IMG/VR virus record: IMGVR_UViG_3300032097_000030
Source of the DNA: a virus
Reading direction: 5' to 3' (one strand)
Length of the DNA: 64,000 nucleotides
Within the stretch, counting starts at the first letter, position 1, and every line of letters starts with the position of its first letter. Shown here piece after piece: positions 19,590 through 27,738 of this stretch. Position numbers and translations under genes: made by a program. The notes under the pieces are model-generated. The model saw only the letters and a list, made by a program, of their open reading frames with translations, had not been told where the DNA came from and ran no database searches.

Positions 19590-19949
19590 ATGCAAACTAT
19601 TCAAGAGAATTTTAAAGCAAGATCTACTTACAGTATCCGGTTAAACGACAAACTGGCTGAAATAGCGCAAAAAACAGGTCTCCCACTGAGCAACGTGATA
19701 GAAATCTGCCTTGCAAATTTCGCCACCTTAAATGATGATGAAAAAATTCAATTTATTGCGGAAAACGATCCTGGAAAAATAAATGCTTCAGAATTAAAAG
19801 AACCCACTTTTAATTATGCTGATGAAGCTGTTTGTAAAGCTAAGGACTCTTTAGGGGATAAGGCAAGCAAGATGAGTAATAAAATACTCATCGCAATCGG
19901 CCTTGCGTTATTAGCTGCTTTCCTTTTCAAAGGGGAACAAAATGAATAA
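19590..19949 (+). CDS. ribbon-helix-helix-like protein with C-terminal hydrophobic helix
   Basis: TYSIRL-NDKLAEIAQKTG-LSNVIEICL; ILIAIGLALLAAFLF. Confidence 0.55.
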   Translation: MQTIQENFKARSTYSIRLNDKLAEIAQKTGLPLSNVIEICLANFATLNDDEKIQFIAENDPGKINASELKEPTFNYADEAVCKAKDSLGDKASKMSNKILIAIGLALLAAFLFKGEQNE

Positions 19950-19971
19950 TCATAGGGGAGGGGAGGTGAAT

Positions 19972-20070
19972 ATGAGTACGGCAAGGAGAAAAAAAACTAG
20001 GCATTTTAGCCTAGTATTACCCCAAGAGAAAAAACTAACTTGGGCAGGCCTATTAAAGCCTGTGTATTAA
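19972..20070 (+). CDS. 32-aa basic peptide (not in ORF track)
   Basis: MSTARRKKTRHFSLVLPQEKKLTWAGLLKPVY; strong RBS GGGAGGTG. Confidence 0.45.
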   Translation: MSTARRKKTRHFSLVLPQEKKLTWAGLLKPVY

Positions 20071-20129
20071 AAAACTGTAAATATATAATACCATAGTTTT
20101 TTCTCCCGGGCAAAGAAAGGAGGAGAAAA

Positions 20130-20282
20130 ATGAGCACAGATCGAAGAGCCGGCAAAAAGAATGTTCCACATGTCGGAAAACAGCCACGTTCTCGTACGCA
20201 AAAGGGAACCTGGCGGAAAAAAAGATCTGACGCGGGCAAAAAGCAGGAAGGAAAAAGTCTTTTAGATAAACTACTTGGGTAA
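20130..20282 (+). CDS. 50-aa highly basic peptide (not in ORF track)
   Basis: MSTDRRAGKKNVPHVGKQPRSRTQKGTWRKKRSDAGKKQEGKSLLDKLLG; RBS AGGAGG; followed by hairpin. Confidence 0.6.
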   Translation: MSTDRRAGKKNVPHVGKQPRSRTQKGTWRKKRSDAGKKQEGKSLLDKLLG

Positions 20283-20300
20283 TCACATAAAAAATTTTTT

Positions 20301-20324
20301 AGGGGGAGTATATCCCCCCTTTTA
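20301..20324. terminator. probable bidirectional intrinsic terminator
   Basis: AGGGGGA-gtata-TCCCCC(C)T stem with T-run after and A/T-runs before. Confidence 0.6.
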
Positions 20325-20428
20325 TGCGTTAAGCATAGCCACTCATATTGCTTATATTCAATAAAAAAACTACTGCATTGGCATCATTAGATAAGCATTT
20401 CTGTAATATAACGGGTTTAGTTTTGTTC

Positions 20429-22018
20429 CTATATCTTTGAATTCAGTTCCATTCCGTCCTTAAAAGTAAAAACAATCTCATGCTCAGGATGAACCGTCAC
20501 CGCATCCACTGTTGCATTCCAAAGTTCCTCATCAAATTCAGTCAAGAGCGTGTCACTCTTCTCCAACATCCGAATAAAAGCCCCTATACTTTCACGTTTG
20601 GCATTTCGTTCCAGCCGCTTATTATCAATCTCATCAAGTCCTTTTTTGGCGGCTTCATAACGTTCCACCAAGCTTGTATAATGCTGCTGGTATTCCCCCT
20701 GGTCAAGAGCAGAATGGGCGTTTTCCTCCACACACTTTCGGAGCAGTTCTGCCGCAACCTCACTTTCACTTTGGAACTTGGCGCTTTCTTTTTCAAACTC
20801 TGACGTATCGGTTAGGTCATTAATAATGGCTTCATAGTTTTGCAGGATTTCCCCTTTATTCTCAAGTAGGCTGTTAAAAGTATCTAAAAATGCCTCTTTG
20901 ATTTTATCTTCATAAAGGTGCGGTGTCTGGCACTTATTATTGTTTTTAAACTTATGATTGCATTGCCAAATGGTCCTGCGGTATTTGCTGGTAGAATGCC
21001 ACACCTTACTGCCGAAGAAGCCCCCACACTCACCACAGATAATTTTTCCTGAAAAACAACCACCACCCGTCTTATATCCCTTGGCATTTTTCCGTTTCTT
21101 AAGCTCATGCTGGACAAGATCGAAAACTTCCGGCGTTATGATTGCAGGATGACTGTTTTCCACGTAATACTGTGGAATCTCACCTTCATTGACCTTCTTT
21201 TTCTTGGTAAGAAAATCAACGGTGAAAGTCTTCTGAAGCATCGCGTCACCTTTATATTTTTCATTCTGAAGGATGCTCGTTACGGTACTGGTTTGCCATT
21301 TCTGTTTGCCCGATGGCGTCAGTATGGAACTTTTCGTAAGATGCCTTGCTATACCCGAAGGAGTCTTACCTTCAAGGAACAATTTATAAATCAACCGCAC
21401 TGTTTTGGCTTCCGATTCAACAATCTTAGGAAGCCCATCATCACCCTTTTCGTAACCAAGGAATCTTCCGTAGGGTAGGCTAATCTTTCCATCAGCAAAC
21501 CGCTTTCTTTGACCCCAGGTAACGTTCTCTGAAATACTCCGACTCTCTTCCTGGGCCAAGCTGGACATGATGGTTATAAGCAGTTCACCCTTGCTGTCCA
21601 TGGTGTGGATGTTTTCCTTCTCGAAGTAGACTTCCACGCCTTTTTCTTTAAGCTGTCGGACGGTGCTAAGAGTATCAACAGTATTTCTGGCAAATCGGGA
21701 TACTGATTTTGTAATAATAAGGTCGATTTTACCGATCAGAGCGTCGGCTATCATCCTGTTGAAACCTTCACGCTTTTTTGTGCTTGTAGCTGATATACCT
21801 TCATCGGCATAGACTTCTACGAATTCCCAAGCCGGATTTGATTTGATGTGCCTCGTGTAATAATCTACCTGCGCCTCGTAGCTTGAAAGCTGTTCGTCAT
21901 TGTCCGTTGAAACCCTTGCGTAGGCGGCAACCCGTCTTGTGGCTGGAGTTCCGGCAGTTATCGGTGCAAAGCGTTCTGCTGTTGCCGGAATAACTTTTAC
22001 TGCTCTTGCTGAACACAT
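20429..22018 (-). CDS. large serine recombinase (prophage integrase module)
   Basis: AYARVSTDNDEQLSSY, NEKYKGDA, CGECG. Confidence 0.93.
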   Translation of the reverse strand: MCSARAVKVIPATAERFAPITAGTPATRRVAAYARVSTDNDEQLSSYEAQVDYYTRHIKSNPAWEFVEVYADEGISATSTKKREGFNRMIADALIGKIDLIITKSVSRFARNTVDTLSTVRQLKEKGVEVYFEKENIHTMDSKGELLITIMSSLAQEESRSISENVTWGQRKRFADGKISLPYGRFLGYEKGDDGLPKIVESEAKTVRLIYKLFLEGKTPSGIARHLTKSSILTPSGKQKWQTSTVTSILQNEKYKGDAMLQKTFTVDFLTKKKKVNEGEIPQYYVENSHPAIITPEVFDLVQHELKKRKNAKGYKTGGGCFSGKIICGECGGFFGSKVWHSTSKYRRTIWQCNHKFKNNNKCQTPHLYEDKIKEAFLDTFNSLLENKGEILQNYEAIINDLTDTSEFEKESAKFQSESEVAAELLRKCVEENAHSALDQGEYQQHYTSLVERYEAAKKGLDEIDNKRLERNAKRESIGAFIRMLEKSDTLLTEFDEELWNATVDAVTVHPEHEIVFTFKDGMELNSKI

Positions 22019-23324
22019 GTAGCTTTCCTCCTTTCCAGTATTTTAGCTGGCGTTCCCGGGCCTGCTGACGGGCTTCTTCACTCCAGCTTTCACTGCGTGA
22101 TTTGTTCTGCCATTCCTTTTGGACAGTGCGGCCGTCACGGAAAACAAATACCAGCAGGTTAGAATCAATAGCCTGTATTTCCTTTATCTTTTGCTCAAAT
22201 ACCGTTTCATCAAACTCTTTAAGTCCTAATACCTCTACAGCTATCGAAAGCAGGATGTCCTCGGGGATTTGCTTGGTATGGCAGCTATCCTTGCCATATC
22301 GCAGGTAGGTAGAGCATTTCCATGAAGCCCGCCCGCATGCAGCTTTTCGGTTATAATTTTTCCCGCATTTGCTGCAGACAATTTTACTGGTGAAAGGGTA
22401 TTGCTTGGGGTCATTTTTTCCAGCATTACTATCTCTGTTTTTAGCCATAATCCCCTGAGCTTTTTGGAAAGTAATCTCATCAATTATTGGTGGATGGGTG
22501 TTTTCAGCATAATATTTTGGAAGCATACCTTTGTTGCGCACCAATGTCTTTGTCAAATGGTCTTTAACATACTTTTTCTGAAGCAACGCATTCCCTGCGT
22601 ATTTTTCATTTTTGATGATCTCCGCAACTCTCTCCGAGTTCCAAGTACCCCCTCGAGGTCGTGCAACACCCATACCAGACAACTTTTTTGCAATCAAGGT
22701 GCAGCCCATACCGCCGATATAATCTGCAAAAATCATGCGAACTATTTCTGCCTGTTTGGCGTCAATTTCAATTTCACCATTTTCAATGCGATACCCATAC
22801 AAAAACCTTAAGTTTACAAGCTCTCCGTCAGCAAAAGCTTTTCGAATACGCCACTTGCAGTTTTCACTGACCGAACGGCTCTCTTCTTGCGCAAAAGAAG
22901 CGAGGATGGTAAGCATTAACTCACCATCCCCGCTCATTGAGTGGATATTTTCTTTTTCAAAATAGACATCAACATTGATGCTCTTTAACTCTCGTACCGT
23001 TTCTAACATAGTAACCGTATTCCTTGCGAACCTGGAAATGGACTTGGTTAGAACTAAGTCTATTTTACCGTTTCTGCAGTCGCTCAAGAGCCTCTGGAAC
23101 TCTGCTCTGTTATCTTTGGTGCCGGTCATTGCTTCATCTGCATAAACACCGGCATACTCCCATCCGCGTTGCTTTTGAATATAGTCGCTGTAATAACTGA
23201 TTTGAGCTGATATAGAGTGAAGCATTGCATCTTTGCCACTGGATACTCTGGCATAGGCGGCAACGCGCTTCTTAACTGGTATTGTTGCCTTTATTGGCTC
23301 GATTTTTCGGATGGTTCGCGCCAT
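21897..23324 (-). CDS. large serine recombinase; C-terminus extended by apparent 1-nt deletion near 22037
   Basis: AYARVSSG, TKSISRFARN, NEKYAGNA, CSKCG; tail diverges from the paralog at 11878. Confidence 0.9.
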   Translation of the reverse strand: MARTIRKIEPIKATIPVKKRVAAYARVSSGKDAMLHSISAQISYYSDYIQKQRGWEYAGVYADEAMTGTKDNRAEFQRLLSDCRNGKIDLVLTKSISRFARNTVTMLETVRELKSINVDVYFEKENIHSMSGDGELMLTILASFAQEESRSVSENCKWRIRKAFADGELVNLRFLYGYRIENGEIEIDAKQAEIVRMIFADYIGGMGCTLIAKKLSGMGVARPRGGTWNSERVAEIIKNEKYAGNALLQKKYVKDHLTKTLVRNKGMLPKYYAENTHPPIIDEITFQKAQGIMAKNRDSNAGKNDPKQYPFTSKIVCSKCGKNYNRKAACGRASWKCSTYLRYGKDSCHTKQIPEDILLSIAVEVLGLKEFDETVFEQKIKEIQAIDSNLLVFVFRDGRTVQKEWQNKSRSESWSEEARQQARERQLKYWKGGKLHVFSKSSKSYSGNSRTLCTDNCRNSSHKTGCRLRKGFNGQ

Positions 23325-23388
23325 ATAATCACCTCCCTAGTGTGACATGTTAACTCTGATTTTGATACATAGCAAGCTAATTAACATA

Positions 23389-23550
23389 TCACAAACTACC
23401 TATTAAAGGCTGATATTTGGCAACGAGAAGTGAATTAATCTTGGCGAATTCCTTCCTATTAATTAACCCTTTTGAGAGCATGGTTTTTGCTATGGCAAAT
23501 GATACCTGATAGTTCTTTTCACGTTCAAACTGAGCATGCGTCACAATCAT
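23389..23550 (-). CDS. 53-aa SHOCT-like protein preceding the recombinases (not in ORF track)
   Basis: MIVTHAQFEREKNYQVSFAIAKTMLSKGLINRKEFAKINSLLVAKYQPLIGSL. Confidence 0.6.
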   Translation of the reverse strand: MIVTHAQFEREKNYQVSFAIAKTMLSKGLINRKEFAKINSLLVAKYQPLIGSL

Positions 23551-23962
23551 CCCTCGCTTTTTCAAAACGGTGCTTTATATAACAGGCATGCCCACAAAAC
23601 TTGCGGGTTTTATTGCCATAACTTTCGAATGTTTTCCCACACTCTTTGCAAACCAGTGTGTAATAGGCTTTCTTTTTATATTGGCTGTCATTTTCTTTCC
23701 ACCATGCTCGACGACATTGTTCAGAGCAAAATTTCTTAGGGTGTCCCTTTGTTCCTTGTGTCAAGGGTTCCCCGCAGTGCTTGCAGTTGATATTTGATTC
23801 TTTGTCTTCATGTTCAACGGGCTTTTTACTATTACCGATGTTGTTGCGCCTACAATAGGATTTCACTGTGTTTTCTGAGATTGAAAGGGCTGCAGCTATT
23901 TTCCCGTAGCTCTGTCCAAGCTTGCGCAGCTGCTGAATTTTTAGCTTTTGCTTAGTCGTCAT
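23525..23962 (-). CDS. HTH + CxxC zinc-finger protein
   Basis: GQSYGKIAAALSISENTVKSYCRR; CKHCG, FCSEQCR, CKECG, FCGHACY. Confidence 0.75.
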   Translation of the reverse strand: MTTKQKLKIQQLRKLGQSYGKIAAALSISENTVKSYCRRNNIGNSKKPVEHEDKESNINCKHCGEPLTQGTKGHPKKFCSEQCRRAWWKENDSQYKKKAYYTLVCKECGKTFESYGNKTRKFCGHACYIKHRFEKARDDCDACSV

Positions 23963-23977
23963 GGTTCTACCTCCATG

Positions 23978-24009
23978 AAAAAAGGGGCGACCCGTTTGAG
24001 TCGCTCCCC
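23978..24009 (-). terminator. terminator after endolysin
   Basis: GCGAC/GTCGC stem with GGGG/CCCC and T6. Confidence 0.6.
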
Positions 24010-24026
24010 ATAATGATTGATTAGTG

Positions 24027-24737
24027 TTATTCGTATTTCACATAGCCATCAAAACCTGCCGCTTTAATCTTCTCTAACATGGCATCTGCGTTTTGTTTAT
24101 TGGCAAAAGCACCTACTTGAACACGATATAACTTTTTGGCTTTAGCGATTGGATCATTACTATTAGCGGATTGTTCTGCCTTAAGAGCGACTTTCACAGC
24201 CTTCCGAAAAGTATCCATACTCTCACCATGTTTAGGAAACCAATGCTTCACATCTGCGTGATTACTAGCTATGGCAAGCTTATGACCTTCAGAGTGATCC
24301 ACAATGTCCTGTTCACTCAGCCCATATTTCTTACAGAGCATCACACAAAGTTCCACCGCATTCTGCCAAGCTTTCCTAAAATAAGCTTCCTGCTTTAAAA
24401 CATCATAGCCCACCATGTTAGCCCCACCAGCATAAGAAAACCCACCTGGCTCACAGATTTCAAAGCCAATGTGGGTATTATTCGCCTTCCCACCAGCATG
24501 CCACCCCCGATGCTCCCAGGGGAGGTATTGGTGGACTTCCTTGTCATCCAAAAAAGCATGGACACATACCTGCCGGTTTATCTCCCCCGCCTGGTATGAT
24601 TTATTCCAACGACTAAACCAGTCTACCGCCATCATACCGGGAGTAGCGGTTGAATGTACCATAATGCCCGTGGGGTTAATTTTTCGTCCTGCCTTGTAGC
24701 AATCATTACGAGTCATATATTTTGTTATTAACTCCAT
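24027..24737 (-). CDS. endolysin, Amidase_2 + SPOR domain
   Basis: IMVHSTA, WHAGG, IGFEICE, HSEGH, SNHAD; YRVQVGAFANKQNA. Confidence 0.9.
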   Translation of the reverse strand: MELITKYMTRNDCYKAGRKINPTGIMVHSTATPGMMAVDWFSRWNKSYQAGEINRQVCVHAFLDDKEVHQYLPWEHRGWHAGGKANNTHIGFEICEPGGFSYAGGANMVGYDVLKQEAYFRKAWQNAVELCVMLCKKYGLSEQDIVDHSEGHKLAIASNHADVKHWFPKHGESMDTFRKAVKVALKAEQSANSNDPIAKAKKLYRVQVGAFANKQNADAMLEKIKAAGFDGYVKYE

Positions 24738-24738
24738 T

Positions 24739-25161
24739 TCAATCTTCCTCCCTGGCTTTACCGTTCAGTTGGGACAGAACATCTTGAAGCTTTTCCGGTA
24801 TAGGCAGGCCGATGATGGCGGCATTCTCCAAAATACTGATACCCTCGTTAGACAAGTAGAAAAAAATAACGGCGGTGCGAATTGCACTACCGTTCTTTAT
24901 TAGATGAACATCTACTATGTTTCCAATACCAACCAAGGTAAAAATCAGTACCTTTTTAAATATCCCTCGAGCACCAACTTCACTCGAGAGCCGTTTCTCG
25001 ATGATAGCCACCATCACACCGGTCAAGTAGTCTATGCCCACGAAAGCTATCAGAGCATAAAGAAAACCGTCAAGGCCGCCAAGAAGATATCCCAGCCAGC
25101 CCCCAACGGCTGCAAAAGTTAATTGAAAGGTGCTTGTATCTTTCAAATTAAGTCCCCCCAT
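24739..25161 (-). CDS. phage holin
   Basis: IDYLTG, SSEVGARGIFKK, FYLSNEGISILEN. Confidence 0.9.
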   Translation of the reverse strand: MGGLNLKDTSTFQLTFAAVGGWLGYLLGGLDGFLYALIAFVGIDYLTGVMVAIIEKRLSSEVGARGIFKKVLIFTLVGIGNIVDVHLIKNGSAIRTAVIFFYLSNEGISILENAAIIGLPIPEKLQDVLSQLNGKAREED

Positions 25162-25372
25162 TCTCTTTAACTAAACTTTGATTAATAGAATCCAGTTCTG
25201 CCTGAAGCTGAGCCTTTGCCTCCGTCATTCCCTTAAGCTGAAAGTCATAAGCTTTGATAGATTTTTCAAGCTGCTTTTTCCTTCCTAATAGCCCTTGCTC
25301 GTCCAGCTCTAGTGAATGAATCACCTTAAAGTTTCCTTCCTTATCTTTCTCAACCTTAATATGCTTTGACAT
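25148..25372 (-). CDS. hypothetical coiled-coil protein
   Basis: Likely start ATG 25372 (RBS GAGGTG); position between tail spike and holin. Confidence 0.6.
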   Translation of the reverse strand: MSKHIKVEKDKEGNFKVIHSLELDEQGLLGRKKQLEKSIKAYDFQLKGMTEAKAQLQAELDSINQSLVKENGGT

Positions 25373-25382
25373 CTCTTTCACC

Positions 25383-27725
25383 TCACATATACATAAATAG
25401 TTGAATAAACAAACTGGCATTTATCCTACCTAAAATACTGCTGCCTAGCTCTAAATTATGCCAGCCTGGCGACGTTATATGGGGGGATAATTGGAGTTCA
25501 TTCTTGTTTTCGTTAAATGGCCCCCCAAGTTGCGCAGTAATATCAGTTCCGTCCAGAGTAATTGATATGTCAGCCGGGGCAGTTCCCTCATATATACCAA
25601 AAACCAAATTGTGAGTATGGTCCCCTAAAGAAACCATATGGCGATGATTCGGTAAATACATGTTGTGAGCATGAAACGGCAAAGAAACAGCGTGGGTATG
25701 GGAAACTGATAGCATAGCGTGAGCGTGATCTCCGGCATAAGTATTGTGAAGAATATGGTCATGATAGCCACTTTGTACCCATGAAACACTACCCGTATCG
25801 GTGATAAGGGTAGTGCCATGCTCAATTCCATGGTTATGCGTACCATCTTTCTCCATGGTATTATCGTGAAAATGATAGCCCGCCATATCCATAAAATCGG
25901 GTAATAGATACTGTGAGGGAGAGAGAATCCACAATCCAGGCTCGCTGGTATCTATGTCGCCGCCACCTGACTCAGTGGATGTAAAGGTATAACCACCATC
26001 TTCAGTGGATGCATAAACACCACCTCCTGATGCTGCTCCGGTTTCATAGGCTCTAAACCATTCCTTGGTAAAGCTGAGTTTAAACTGCTTACCATTTAAT
26101 AGATTGGCTCCAGGTGGAACATAGAAAATTATCTTAAGGGGATGAGTGGCATCTACATTATCTACTACATGCAACTGCCAAGTTTGCAGCATACCACGAT
26201 CATCTAAAATAACTGTCGTCCCATCTGATGCTGTAATCCTTAAACCAAAACGCTCTGTAGCGTCCACCTGCCAATGACCGGCATGGAGGCGTTCAATATT
26301 ATTCTCATCATATACATGTAAACCATCAGACATGATTTTGGTATATTCATCAGCGGTAGATAATGCATAAAGTTCGTTAATCACTACGGTACTTGATAGC
26401 ACACCTTCTCCGGTTACTGCTGTTTTGTAGCTTTGCCCACCGTCTTCAGTGATACCAAGTCCCCCTGGCGATAGGCGTACCCCCTTGCCATTTCGCCTGC
26501 CTTCAGCATCAATGCCCCAAAAGTCTATTGTGTTGTCAGTAATAGTTAGCAGCCCATTTGTACCATTGATTAAGGTGGTGGCGGTATTGATAAAGCCTTG
26601 TAACAGGCTATTGGCATGGCGGTTCCGGGTAATTATTCTCGCAGTAGTCACAGCCGGTTTCACAGCATCACTTATCTGCGGTTTCGGAGTTCCCACGTTA
26701 ATGCTGTTTCTCTGCGGTTCATAGGGGTATTCAACCATTTCAATTACTCGTACCCTTAAGCGTACAGAGATATCTTGCGGCCCGGTATATTCTACCGTTA
26801 CCCAATCCCCCACCTCTATTTTATAAAGGGCCTCAGCATACAAGCGGTAAAGGTCAGCCAGCTTCACACTCACACTAAGCTTGGGCCAAGCGACGACCGC
26901 GAGCTTTCTTCGCCCCTGCTCCAACAATTCACTAGGGTCAGCGATCTTGTCATAGGTAACCACATCTTCTCGCACCAAACGCTCCCTTATGATGCTGTCA
27001 GCCGTGTTGTAGCCGAGGGCTGTGAAAAAGGAGAAGTTTTCAATATAGCTATAGCCACCATTGACACTAGCGATATCTACGCCATCCTTTCCTTTCACAT
27101 ATAGCCTGGTTACCAGCCCCTTCGAGTCGTAGCTTAAATCCAAGCTGGCTAAATTTCTTCCTGAACGAATAGTCACCCCGTTATCCTGGCCAATATCGTT
27201 ATATAGGCTCACTGTTTTTTCCAGAGTATCAAATTGCACGAAAGGCCCGTAACAATATTCCTCCACTGCCCCGTATAGTTTAAGTAGCTCGTTTAAAGCT
27301 TCCAGACGATTAAGATTTTCCAAACGGACATCACGGAGAGTGGTGATAGTGGGGTCGCAATACTTTAAAGTCCAGCCCGTATTCTCAAGTACCCTGGCTA
27401 CTGCATAGCTCATACTAGCATTAGAAAAGGCTAGCTCGCCGTCAATATAGCGATAGAGCAGTTCCTCTGCTGAACACACACAGGATACACTGATAAACCC
27501 CTCATCTGTCAAAGTGGCTGAAGGGCTTTTTATGATATACTCACTACCCTCAAAGTAAATTCTGTTTTCGCTTTCGATAAGCCGCAGGGTCTTTTCATTA
27601 ACCAGGCAATTAAACTTTAGGGTGCTCATGCCATTACTACTTCTTACCCGACAAAAATCACTTAGTTCCTTTTGTCCCAAATAGCCTAATCGCTTGATAC
27701 CAGCTGCATCATATATCTCAAGCAT
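25383..27725 (-). CDS. tail spike/Tal (prophage endopeptidase tail-like) with C-terminal HxH repeats
   Basis: GVTIRSGRNLASL...LVTRLYVKGKDG, GDWVTV; eight HxH motifs. Confidence 0.8.
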   Translation of the reverse strand: MLEIYDAAGIKRLGYLGQKELSDFCRVRSSNGMSTLKFNCLVNEKTLRLIESENRIYFEGSEYIIKSPSATLTDEGFISVSCVCSAEELLYRYIDGELAFSNASMSYAVARVLENTGWTLKYCDPTITTLRDVRLENLNRLEALNELLKLYGAVEEYCYGPFVQFDTLEKTVSLYNDIGQDNGVTIRSGRNLASLDLSYDSKGLVTRLYVKGKDGVDIASVNGGYSYIENFSFFTALGYNTADSIIRERLVREDVVTYDKIADPSELLEQGRRKLAVVAWPKLSVSVKLADLYRLYAEALYKIEVGDWVTVEYTGPQDISVRLRVRVIEMVEYPYEPQRNSINVGTPKPQISDAVKPAVTTARIITRNRHANSLLQGFINTATTLINGTNGLLTITDNTIDFWGIDAEGRRNGKGVRLSPGGLGITEDGGQSYKTAVTGEGVLSSTVVINELYALSTADEYTKIMSDGLHVYDENNIERLHAGHWQVDATERFGLRITASDGTTVILDDRGMLQTWQLHVVDNVDATHPLKIIFYVPPGANLLNGKQFKLSFTKEWFRAYETGAASGGGVYASTEDGGYTFTSTESGGGDIDTSEPGLWILSPSQYLLPDFMDMAGYHFHDNTMEKDGTHNHGIEHGTTLITDTGSVSWVQSGYHDHILHNTYAGDHAHAMLSVSHTHAVSLPFHAHNMYLPNHRHMVSLGDHTHNLVFGIYEGTAPADISITLDGTDITAQLGGPFNENKNELQLSPHITSPGWHNLELGSSILGRINASLFIQLFMYM

Positions 27726-27738
27726 CTTATCACCACCT

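Noticed and set aside
20383-20393. ATCATTAGATA resembling the att arm core
   Set aside because: Short AT-rich match lacking the TTGATACAAT box; likely chance
25383-27725. Diversity-generating retroelement acting on the tail spike
   Set aside because: No reverse transcriptase and no TR/VR pair noticed
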